IMG/VR virus record: IMGVR_UViG_3300043419_000787 | Span: 1-64,000 of that record | Origin: a virus | Length of the DNA: 64,000 nt | Reading direction: 5' to 3' (one strand) | Shown here: piece by piece, positions 17,743 through 26,019 of the stretch | How the letters are laid out: the number at the start of each line of letters is the position of its first letter | Numbering within the stretch: the stretch's first letter is position 1 | Translations under genes and position numbers: made by a program | The notes under the pieces: model-generated | Databases searched by the model: none | What the model was told of the DNA's origin: nothing | What the model saw: only the letters and a program-made list of their open reading frames with translations

Positions 17743-18660
17743 TTAATTCATTCCTTTGTACAATTGAGGTGCAGTTCCATAAACAGGTAACTTACCATCC
17801 CATTTGTTAATCCATTCTAATTGTAACAACATTGGAGTAATAGTTTTCTGCTTCAAACTATTTGCTTCGGCTTCAGCTTTTGCAGCAGTTAACATTGCTT
17901 GAGCATTACCATTTGCAGTTGCAATTTTAATTTTGGCTTGTGCTTCGGCTGTTTTAACTTCATTCTCTGCTCTCAAAGCTGATTGGACTGCGTTATTCTT
18001 AGCTTCAATAGATTTCTTAAATGTTTCAGGATAGATTAGATTCGATGTGAATTGATTAATAATAAATCCTTCTTTAAGTAATTGACTTTCCAATAATCTT
18101 CGTACTTCTACTTCAAATACTGCTCTATTAGAAATTAACTCGTCTGCTGTATATTTATTAGTTGCTAAACGGAACGCATCATAAACTGCAGTCTTTAAGA
18201 AACCTTCTTCAATTTCTGGAAGAGATCTACGATATTTAGCAAAGATTGCAGGTACCTTTTCACGTTGAACCGAATAGTTCATAATTGGTGAAACTTGGAA
18301 TTCACTACCATCTTTAGAGTTTACAACAAATGAGTTGTCAACATCTTCAGTTTTCTTGTATTCTTTATGTTGAATAAAGGTTGGAAACTCATAAATTTTT
18401 GTAGAGATTGGATTGTAAAATACCATTCCTGTACATTCTGTTACATCGTCAACTCCCTTTCCACTTCCATACAAATTAACTTTTACACCGACATGACCTG
18501 CGTCGATTCTTTCGCATGATTGAAACATCACGATTAGCGCAATAAATGCTGCAATTCCAATTAGGATTCTTTTTACCATTTTTTTAATTTTTAATTGTTG
18601 ATTTTGTTTTTCTTGTTCACGTTCTTCTTGCTGGATTTCCCAGTAGCTTTTTTCTGACAT
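17743..18660 (-). CDS. SPFH/band-7 (prohibitin/flotillin-like) membrane protein
   Basis: N-terminal TM helix then SPFH-like core and long A/E/K-rich coiled coil. Alternative start MVKRIL at 18579 removes the overlap with the upstream ORF. Confidence 0.7.
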   Translation of the reverse strand: MSEKSYWEIQQEEREQEKQNQQLKIKKMVKRILIGIAAFIALIVMFQSCERIDAGHVGVKVNLYGSGKGVDDVTECTGMVFYNPISTKIYEFPTFIQHKEYKKTEDVDNSFVVNSKDGSEFQVSPIMNYSVQREKVPAIFAKYRRSLPEIEEGFLKTAVYDAFRLATNKYTADELISNRAVFEVEVRRLLESQLLKEGFIINQFTSNLIYPETFKKSIEAKNNAVQSALRAENEVKTAEAQAKIKIATANGNAQAMLTAAKAEAEANSLKQKTITPMLLQLEWINKWDGKLPVYGTAPQLYKGMN

Positions 18661-18875
18661 TCTGTATTTGGTTTTACTTGTTTATAAATTGATTGCGACA
18701 ACATGAATATTCCATATCCTAGTCCAGCTCCTCCAATAAACATTGCGACTGGTCCTAAATAAGCTAGTGAATTTGGTAGATTCATTAATTGTGCTACTCC
18801 GTCAAATAATGGAATTGCTAATGTTAATAATGCAATAATTCCAATTGCGGCTCCTGCTATTTTTCTGTGGTTCAT
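18591..18875 (-). CDS. Small membrane protein (possible SPFH partner, NfeD-like role?)
   Basis: 94 aa, 2-3 TM helices, directly upstream of the SPFH gene. Confidence 0.4.
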   Translation of the reverse strand: MNHRKIAGAAIGIIALLTLAIPLFDGVAQLMNLPNSLAYLGPVAMFIGGAGLGYGIFMLSQSIYKQVKPNTECQKKATGKSSKKNVNKKNKINN

Positions 18876-18927
18876 ATTGATTAAATTTGTAGATTATATG
18901 ATAAAAATGAAAATTGTTTAATAATTT

Positions 18928-19641
18928 CTAGAGTATTGTGTTTTCAACTCTTCGCTCCCATCCAATATGTCGAACATATCCGTCTTGGTCATTCATGGTC
19001 ATACTAACAACTCTATATCCAAGGTCTCGGTAGTAATGGTCGATTAGGTGTTCTTTACCGAATTGTGTATAGCCTCCAGAACCTAATTTAAAATAGTCTC
19101 TAGTTCTTTTAAGACCTGGATTGTATGAGAATCCCATATAGTTCATAACAGTTTCCTTGTCGCCATTTTCAAGAACCTTTCCAGTGTAAAAACTTGCTGG
19201 CATTACTGTTCGGAATGGAACACCAACTGACGTGTAGAATACTTCGGCTCCAATCTTATTTAAGATACCATCAGATTTTGGTCGAATCCAAGCTTGTAGA
19301 ACTTCAGGTCTCTCTTCTAAAAGTTGTAATGATTTCTCAATAAAACCTCCAGCATAGAATTCCCAATCATCTTCGCAATGAAATATGTAAGGAGTTTCAA
19401 CTAATGAGTATGCTAAATCAATTGACCGGCTTTGTCCTAACTTAGGCTTATTAAAGATGAATGTTAATTTGTTCTCAAATAGTTGATTCAACCTATCACA
19501 CTTCTCTTCTATCCCTGGCTCTTCAGAGTCTTCTGTTATGATAAACTTCTCAATTGGAAATTTATTAAATTTAAAAAAGCTGTGGAGTGTCTTTTCCAAA
19601 AGGTCTAGACGTCCACAGCTTGTAAGTATAAATGTTACCAT
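18928..19641 (-). CDS. GT-A fold (family-2-like) glycosyltransferase
   Basis: N-terminal FILTSCGRLDLLEKTLHSF and an acidic DxD-like CEDDWEF motif. Confidence 0.5.
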   Translation of the reverse strand: MVTFILTSCGRLDLLEKTLHSFFKFNKFPIEKFIITEDSEEPGIEEKCDRLNQLFENKLTFIFNKPKLGQSRSIDLAYSLVETPYIFHCEDDWEFYAGGFIEKSLQLLEERPEVLQAWIRPKSDGILNKIGAEVFYTSVGVPFRTVMPASFYTGKVLENGDKETVMNYMGFSYNPGLKRTRDYFKLGSGGYTQFGKEHLIDHYYRDLGYRVVSMTMNDQDGYVRHIGWERRVENTIL

Positions 19642-19642
19642 A

Positions 19643-20278
19643 CTAATCCCACCATCCTTTTAAACCTGAACCATCAAACCATTTGTAATATTGGTCAGTT
19701 TCCTTCTTTTGTTCTTCAGTTAAAGTTTTCTCAAACTTCTTATAATCTTTATGATTTTGGCCATGTAGAAGACTAAAAAGTTCTTTCCATTCTTGTTCTT
19801 CAATTTGACGAGCTCGATTAAAAACTTTACGATTATGTTTCCTTTCGGCTGGAGTATCATGGTCGACAAGTCTAGAATATCCAGGTTTGTCTGGTACTTC
19901 TTCAAATTCCCAAGGATGATGAACTATTTCTCCTAATTCAGCTTCAGCCATTTCAATATAGTTGCTTTCATTATAGTTTCTAATGATTTCAACTGCACGT
20001 TTCATTGCAGCAACTTTTTTCATTCTTGGTAATTCAATCTCCATCCCATGCTTTTCAAGATTTTCAGCCATATTACTAATTCCAATCTCAAGAAATTGTA
20101 AAGTTCCATGATGATCCCACCAGTAGTAGTTAGCTAATGCCTTTCTAAATCTCCAAACATTTTTAATAAAACGTTTGATGTCATATCTAAAAAATGCATA
20201 AAACTTATAGATTCGACTCTCATGCCAAATCAATCGTTTAAGACTTTTACTAAATGTGTCTGCAAAATTAACTTCCAT
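19643..20278 (-). CDS. Hypothetical protein
   Basis: 211 aa ORF. Confidence 0.4.
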   Translation of the reverse strand: MEVNFADTFSKSLKRLIWHESRIYKFYAFFRYDIKRFIKNVWRFRKALANYYWWDHHGTLQFLEIGISNMAENLEKHGMEIELPRMKKVAAMKRAVEIIRNYNESNYIEMAEAELGEIVHHPWEFEEVPDKPGYSRLVDHDTPAERKHNRKVFNRARQIEEQEWKELFSLLHGQNHKDYKKFEKTLTEEQKKETDQYYKWFDGSGLKGWWD

Positions 20279-20283
20279 AATTT

Positions 20284-20991
20284 CTAGTTTAAAAATGTTA
20301 TTTCATTTGTTTTTGGATCCCAATCAAATGTAACTGGTTTATTTACATATTCGTATCTTTCATTTAGAATGGAAGCATTAAAATAATGAGTTCCATTATG
20401 GAACTTATAACCGTATCCACCATGAATATGTCCGCATACATGTATTTTCGGGGGTTGTTCATCTAATTTTTCTCTTAATAAGGCACAGCCTAAATTTGGT
20501 TCGTTATACGGTGGTCCACTCATATCTAAATGTCCTTGTGCTGGACCATGTGTGATTAGAATATCAGTGTCCTTTGGAATTGCTTCCCATTTTGACATTA
20601 GACCAGGTCCGCCTTTCGGTAGGTTAAATGCCCAATTATAGAATTCTGGTTGCCAAGGACTACCGTAGATTTTAGCAGTTTCCTTATCGTCTCCAACTTC
20701 TATAAAGCTGTCTTGTAAATAATCAATCCACTTATATGAATTAACTATTTCCATTGCTTGTTCTGGTTTATCTTCAAATTTTCTATCGTGATTTCCAGCA
20801 ATAAAGACTTTATGGTCATATTGTTCTAATTCATTGAACCATTTACAAAAGCGTGTAATGTCATTTGAATTATATCCCGAATTCATAAGGTCACCAGCAT
20901 GAATTAACAAGTCTCCGCCTGGAAGATCTGTTTTATCCCACATAAGTTCTTCATGCTTAGTGTGAGTATCTGATATTAAAGTTATTCTCAT
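20284..20991 (-). CDS. Calcineurin-like metallophosphoesterase
   Basis: Canonical motifs DTH (ISDTHTKH), GDLMNSG, GNHD, THGP, CGHIHGGYG. Confidence 0.85.
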   Translation of the reverse strand: MRITLISDTHTKHEELMWDKTDLPGGDLLIHAGDLMNSGYNSNDITRFCKWFNELEQYDHKVFIAGNHDRKFEDKPEQAMEIVNSYKWIDYLQDSFIEVGDDKETAKIYGSPWQPEFYNWAFNLPKGGPGLMSKWEAIPKDTDILITHGPAQGHLDMSGPPYNEPNLGCALLREKLDEQPPKIHVCGHIHGGYGYKFHNGTHYFNASILNERYEYVNKPVTFDWDPKTNEITFLN

Positions 20992-21034
20992 AATTATACT
21001 TATATTTTAGTTATATACTTCTTTCTGAAAAAGT

Positions 21035-21283
21035 TTAAATATAACAGAATTCAATCAACTTTGGTGCTATAGTGTTAAAGTATACATCGTCTTCACTTTC
21101 AGCAACCTTAATTAAATGGTCTATAATATCATGTACCTCTGTATCTTCGTTGACAGGAGTGACTCCCATTATCTCAGAAAGATGTATCAATGGATCGGTA
21201 TGTCCATTATAAAGTGCTAGGACTGCAAATTGTTCAATTGTCATTTTTAATCTTTGTCCTACTATTAATGATGTTGCTCCCAT
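21035..21283 (-). CDS. Hypothetical protein
   Basis: Start set at MGATSLIV; ORF-track extension MFIFTYQIRI is translation of the repeat element. Confidence 0.4.
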   Translation of the reverse strand: MGATSLIVGQRLKMTIEQFAVLALYNGHTDPLIHLSEIMGVTPVNEDTEVHDIIDHLIKVAESEDDVYFNTIAPKLIEFCYI

Positions 21284-21293
21284 AATTCTAATT

Positions 21294-21345
21294 TGATATG
21301 TAAATATAAACAATTATTTTCAAACGGTAAAACTTTTTGTGATAT
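21294..21345 (-). promoter_or_regulatory. Repeated promoter-like element, partial type A copy
   Basis: ATATGTAAATATAAACA / TTTTCAAACGGTAAAACTTTTT / GTGATATTTTTTTG; lacks the full distal box. Confidence 0.45.
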
Positions 21346-21401
21346 TTTTTTGAATGATTGAAAATAAATAACAAAACCCTTAAAAATATTTTACATTCAT
21401 C

Positions 21402-21533
21402 ATGGCAAAAGGTTCTAAAGGCGCTTCAAATTCAATGAAAGTTCAATTTGGAAAAAGAAAAAGCGGTAAAGCTTCTAAAGGTAAAAACAAACATGCCCGA
21501 AAAGTTAGTAAATATCGTGGTCAAGGTCGCTAA
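21402..21533 (+). CDS. Small (43 aa) highly basic Lys-rich protein (MAKGSKGASNSMKVQFGKRKSGKASKGKNKHARKVSKYRGQGR)
   Basis: ATG..TAA ORF on the plus strand, unlike its neighbours, immediately followed by a strong terminator. Confidence 0.4.
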   Translation: MAKGSKGASNSMKVQFGKRKSGKASKGKNKHARKVSKYRGQGR

Positions 21534-21536
21534 ATT

Positions 21537-21567
21537 AAAAAAGCTCTTCTATAGAAGAGCTTTTTTT
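21537..21567. terminator. Bidirectional intrinsic terminator
   Basis: AAAAAGCTCTTCT-ATAG-AGAAGAGCTTTTTTT flanked by A-run and T-run. Sits between convergent genes 21402..21533 (+) and 21589..22347 (-). Confidence 0.7.
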
Positions 21568-21588
21568 ATCAAGTGGTGCCAGTTGATT

Positions 21589-22347
21589 TTAATCTATTTT
21601 GCTTCCGCAGTTTGGACAGAATTTCCAAGTTTGTTTCTTCATTCTAGTTCCACAATCAGAACAATAATTTCTAATATCTGAAACTTCGATTGGTTTATTA
21701 GATTCTGCCATAATTTTCATTATAACAGTTTCGCATGGATAATTTTCAAAATCCATATCAATTGTTCCAAAATCTTGATTGGAACTTGCTCCCATTTCAA
21801 CTCTTCCAGTTTCAAAACTTTTTAAACTTGCATTGCTAGTATAAGATACAGATCCAGCAATTGAAGCTGATCCAGTTGAACTGTAAAATGCGGTATTTGT
21901 ACTGTAAGTAATTGGATTTCCTGTTGTACCAAAATAAGGGTACTGTGTTGTTGTAATAAATGGTCCACGAGGAATTGGGTAACTTGGTGGAGTTTGTTTG
22001 ATTTTTTCTCTGTAGAAAATAACCTTTACATATCCATTGTCTTCAATTGCTTTTAAAACTTCTTTATTTTTACCATCAACATCGTAAGTTCTAAAAACAA
22101 ATTTGTTGTTAGTGTCAATATAACGTTCTAAAAAGAAGTGTTGACCTGGTCTAAGAACTAGACCACTTTGTGAAATTACTGTACCATTCATATAGATCTT
22201 TGCAAGAACTGGATATGATTTTGGGTTAAATAATTCGATTTGGAATTCGTCTTCATCTTTAAGATAAAATACGTCTTCATTGTTGCCTTTATAGGCTTTT
22301 AGTCGGTTGTTTTTGACAGCAATAGCCGCCATTTTTTGTGTACTCAT
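21589..22347 (-). CDS. Hypothetical protein with C-terminal zinc ribbon
   Basis: C-terminal CSDCGTRMKKQTWKFCPNCG. Confidence 0.45.
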   Translation of the reverse strand: MSTQKMAAIAVKNNRLKAYKGNNEDVFYLKDEDEFQIELFNPKSYPVLAKIYMNGTVISQSGLVLRPGQHFFLERYIDTNNKFVFRTYDVDGKNKEVLKAIEDNGYVKVIFYREKIKQTPPSYPIPRGPFITTTQYPYFGTTGNPITYSTNTAFYSSTGSASIAGSVSYTSNASLKSFETGRVEMGASSNQDFGTIDMDFENYPCETVIMKIMAESNKPIEVSDIRNYCSDCGTRMKKQTWKFCPNCGSKID

Positions 22348-22443
22348 GTGATTTTCCTTTTGTTTTAAAACCCTTTTACTACCTTTATGATAGTTCCAAA
22401 GCCATTATTGACTCAGGGCCTCAAGTGTTTGGCACCACTTTTG

Positions 22444-22528
22444 CGGAAGATGTAGGATTCGAACCTACGGTACCTTGCAGTACAACAGTTTTCAAGACTG
22501 CCGCGATCGACCACTCTGCCAATCTTCC
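22444..22528 (-). tRNA. tRNA-Ser-like (anticodon UGA), type II with long variable arm
   Basis: Reverse complement gives GGAAGAU...AUCUUCC acceptor stem (7 bp), anticodon stem GCAGU/ACUGU, loop CUUGAAA, variable arm GUAC-UGCAA-GGUAC, T-arm GUAGG-UUCGAAU-CCUAC, discriminator G. No encoded CCA. D-stem imperfect. Confidence 0.75.
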
Positions 22529-22573
22529 TAATATTTCTTATATAACTTTTTCAGAAATTGTTTAAAATCAGAA

Positions 22574-25500
22574 TTAATCGTCCTTTACTGTAAGTACAAT
22601 GCTAGTTAACATTCTTTCTAATTGAGCAAGTGTAATTCCAGGTTTCGAATCTGCTGGATTTGGTTTTCCAGCCGGTGCAGCGGCTACAGGTCCTGTAGCT
22701 CCTTTAACTGCTGTAGTGTTAGGAACTGTTGATGTTGTTGGTGGCGGAGGTGGAGTAGCAACTGATTTCTTAAATTCTTCAATCATTGATGTTAATTGTT
22801 TGATTGAATCATTAAGTGCAGCACTCATTTGATTAATTGAACCAGCTCCTTTATAACCAGAAAGATATGCAAGTCCTTGGAACATATCACTTGTAAATTT
22901 CAAGTTAACTTTGTCAAACGCGTTTAAGGTATCTTTAAGTCTACCCATATCATCGACATACTTCTTGAAATTATCTACAAATTTAACCCATGGATCGATA
23001 TTTTCTGCAATCATTTTCATTTTGTCTGCAACATTTCCTAAGACAATAACAAATGATTCTTGTTGTTCTGCGTTTTCTCCAGCACTTGAAAGAGCACCAG
23101 TCATACCGCTAATAACTCCTTGAATTTTAGCATTTAATGCAACAGGATCAACATTAGTTTCCATAAATGTTTTAGCAGCATCCGCAATTTTCTTAATTGG
23201 ATCTGCAAAACTTGTTACAATTTCAACACCATCTTCGATTTTAGAAGAACCAAACCAACCCCAATCATTTTGAGCATCTGGATTATTTCCAATCTCTCCC
23301 ATAACTCCTGTTATTGCAACGACAAGAGATCTGATATTACTAGTAACTTTTGTTACAGCATCGGCACCCATTGATTCGTAACCAACGATTTTACCATCTT
23401 TATAGATTGGAATCTTAAGGTCAGCCATTGCTTGAACTCCTTTGGCAATTTCAGCAACTGCACCGCCCATACCTTGAACTGCTCCAATACCATCAGTAAC
23501 TGGATTACCGCCTCCTCCAAAAATCATATTAAGGAAGCTCTTCTGACCACCAGGATACTGAAGACCAATTTCGCCAAATACATCTGCTAAAGAACCAACA
23601 ATATTTCTAATATTACCCTTTAATCTATCAAATGCACCAGAATCTAGAGTATTATAACCAACAATTTTAGTTCCTTGATAAATTGGGAACTTAAGGTCAG
23701 CCATAGCTTGAACTCCACCAGCAATAGAAGTTAAAACATCTCCCATACCCATAACAGCGGCAATACCATCTGCTACTGGAGATTGTTTTCCACTTCCAAA
23801 AACACTAGAAAGGAAACCTGCTTTACCTCCAGGATATTTAAGTCCTAGTTCACCAAAGGTTGTACTTAGTGAACCAACAATTAAATTGATATTATCATTA
23901 ACCTTTTTAAAGGTGTCACTAGATAGTGTGTAGTAACCTGTGATTTTAGTTCCTGAGTATATTGGGAACTTTAAGTCAGCCATAGATTGAACTCCTTGAG
24001 CAATAGAAGATAAAGCATCTCCCATTCCTAAACAAGCATCAATACCATCAGCGACAGCAGATTGAGAACCACCTCCAAAAATACTACTTAATACGCTTTT
24101 TCTACCTCCAGGAAATTGTGTTCCAATTGCTCCAAAGGCTCCAGCTAAAACTGTAACTAATTTACCAATTTGATCTGGTAAAACATCATAATTAATTTTT
24201 AAATCTTGTACTTTTTTAATTCCATAAGCAACTGTTGCTAATGCAACTCCAACCATAACCATAGCCGGTGCAGTAGCATACATTGACATAATTGAAAGAG
24301 GATTAAGAGTAAATGAACGAGCAATTGATAACATCAACCACTCCATATTACTCATCATTCTTCCACCACCAAATCCCATAAATCCTTCAGTTTCATGTCC
24401 TGAATCTCCAAGCATTTTGGTCATATCAGTACTACTGAATAACTTAGCCATTGCAGCAGCTCCTAAAGAAACAAATACTAATGCAAGTCCAGCAACAATC
24501 ATTGCTGCGGCTCCAGCAAGTATAAAAGGTGCTGCGGCTCCAGCAAGTCCCATAACAAGACCAACACCAGTAACCAATGCTCCAATTTGACCGATTGTAA
24601 TCCAACCAGCTTCATCTGGAGTAATAGATGCTGCAAATATAGAAACTGCAACTCCTAATAATATAATTGGGATTGCAGCAAATATCATAACAAGAGAACC
24701 TAATAATATCTCTTTAGCAAATTTACCAGCTAACCAGAATACAACTGCAACTCCAACAACCATTCCAGCAATCATTAACATTGTCATTGCAGGATCGTCC
24801 ATCGCTTGATACATTGTATCTACTAATAAGAATGCAAGTCCTAATAAAACGATAGCTCCGGCAGCGAACATTAATCCAACACTGATTCGTTTCATTGATT
24901 TATCAACTCCCATTTTATCTAGTAAAAAGAAGAGTCCTCCAATTGCTAATAATGAAATTACAATATATGGTAATGCAGACATTCCAGCCGGGTAAATTAC
25001 CGTTGCTAAAACTAATGCAACTCCAAATAATAGAATTGCTTTTGCAACATCACCCATTGCAATTAATGCCTGTTGTGTTTTCGGATCTGATAGTGGTTTT
25101 GACGCCATTTGTAAAACTTTTGTTATAACAAATAGAGCTAGCCCAAATAATGGGGCTGCTATCATACCAACTATTAATAGAGGTGTTGCCAAGAATAAAT
25201 AACCGGCAAATTTAAGAATTGCTGGTCCAATTTTTGAAATAGCATCAATTGTAAGTACTAAGGCTTCTGCCTTTTCTTTAAATTGTTTACCACTTCCTTT
25301 CATAGATTCAATTGCTTCAACAATTGCAGCTAATCCTTTACCAATACCTTCAAGTCCTTTACCACCAACTATTTTTAGGGCAATTGCATTACCAATACCC
25401 ATTCCTCCGCCACCGCCAGAATTTCCACCGGATTGTTTACCAGAATTTGCAGTATTTTTAGCAATGGTTTTTAATAATCGAACCATCTCTTCAACCTTAC

Positions 25501-25612
25501 CAAATAGTATTCCACCCGGACTAACTGCTTCTGCAGTAATCTGGGTGGATGTACTAATATATGTAAGATTATCGACTGATAGTCGTTCAAATGGACTTTT
25601 AAAGATACTCAA
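22574..25612 (-). CDS. Putative tail tape-measure protein
   Basis: 1012 aa downstream of sheath/tube/chaperone genes. Gly-rich N-terminus, ~300 aa multi-TM Ala/Gly-rich segment, three tandem ~95-aa repeats (PGG...VADGI...MGMGD...ADLKFPIY.GTKI.GY), proline-rich C-terminus. Apparent TTG start. Confidence 0.5.
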   Translation of the reverse strand: MSIFKSPFERLSVDNLTYISTSTQITAEAVSPGGILFGKVEEMVRLLKTIAKNTANSGKQSGGNSGGGGGMGIGNAIALKIVGGKGLEGIGKGLAAIVEAIESMKGSGKQFKEKAEALVLTIDAISKIGPAILKFAGYLFLATPLLIVGMIAAPLFGLALFVITKVLQMASKPLSDPKTQQALIAMGDVAKAILLFGVALVLATVIYPAGMSALPYIVISLLAIGGLFFLLDKMGVDKSMKRISVGLMFAAGAIVLLGLAFLLVDTMYQAMDDPAMTMLMIAGMVVGVAVVFWLAGKFAKEILLGSLVMIFAAIPIILLGVAVSIFAASITPDEAGWITIGQIGALVTGVGLVMGLAGAAAPFILAGAAAMIVAGLALVFVSLGAAAMAKLFSSTDMTKMLGDSGHETEGFMGFGGGRMMSNMEWLMLSIARSFTLNPLSIMSMYATAPAMVMVGVALATVAYGIKKVQDLKINYDVLPDQIGKLVTVLAGAFGAIGTQFPGGRKSVLSSIFGGGSQSAVADGIDACLGMGDALSSIAQGVQSMADLKFPIYSGTKITGYYTLSSDTFKKVNDNINLIVGSLSTTFGELGLKYPGGKAGFLSSVFGSGKQSPVADGIAAVMGMGDVLTSIAGGVQAMADLKFPIYQGTKIVGYNTLDSGAFDRLKGNIRNIVGSLADVFGEIGLQYPGGQKSFLNMIFGGGGNPVTDGIGAVQGMGGAVAEIAKGVQAMADLKIPIYKDGKIVGYESMGADAVTKVTSNIRSLVVAITGVMGEIGNNPDAQNDWGWFGSSKIEDGVEIVTSFADPIKKIADAAKTFMETNVDPVALNAKIQGVISGMTGALSSAGENAEQQESFVIVLGNVADKMKMIAENIDPWVKFVDNFKKYVDDMGRLKDTLNAFDKVNLKFTSDMFQGLAYLSGYKGAGSINQMSAALNDSIKQLTSMIEEFKKSVATPPPPPTTSTVPNTTAVKGATGPVAAAPAGKPNPADSKPGITLAQLERMLTSIVLTVKDD

Positions 25613-25647
25613 AATCTATGAATCTTATTTTTTACTATATATCAAGC

Positions 25648-26019
25648 TTAGAACTTAGGAGTCTTGAAACTTGGTGTTTTGAATGATGGAGCTTTCATAT
25701 TAGGCATTTTAGCTTTTGCCATTTTTTGAGGATCTCCATATTTGTCCATTGCACCTTCTTCTTGACCTTTTTGTCCGTCATTCTGTCTCTTAATATAATC
25801 TGCAAGGTCTTTAACGATATACCAATATTCGTAATATTCAAGTTTATCGATCTCAGATGGTTGTAAATGCAGATGATACATGAGATAGAACTTCGTCTTA
25901 AAGAAGTTCTCCAGCGATATCTTGAACAACGAAAAGAGATTTGATCCCGTCACGAAAGCCGATAGTAACGAGAACCTCCTCATCCTCGTGTGGTACCAAC
26001 ATTTCAGGTTGAACCCCAA
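25648..26019 (-). CDS. ORF overlapping the 3' end of 25898..26863 in the +1 frame; candidate frameshift extension of tail assembly chaperone, or independent ~77-aa protein from Met at 25881
   Basis: Overlap contains GAA CUU CUU UAA G, a prfB-like +1 slip site on CUU followed by a stop. Confidence 0.35.
   Translation of the reverse strand: MGFNLKCWYHTRMRRFSLLSAFVTGSNLFSLFKISLENFFKTKFYLMYHLHLQPSEIDKLEYYEYWYIVKDLADYIKRQNDGQKGQEEGAMDKYGDPQKMAKAKMPNMKAPSFKTPSFKTPKF

Noticed and set aside
22348-22573. Looked for integrase/attachment-site features around the tRNA gene and considered ORF 22338..22565 (+) as a gene
   Set aside because: No integrase or direct repeats nearby. The plus-strand ORF simply overlaps the minus-strand tRNA and intergenic DNA.
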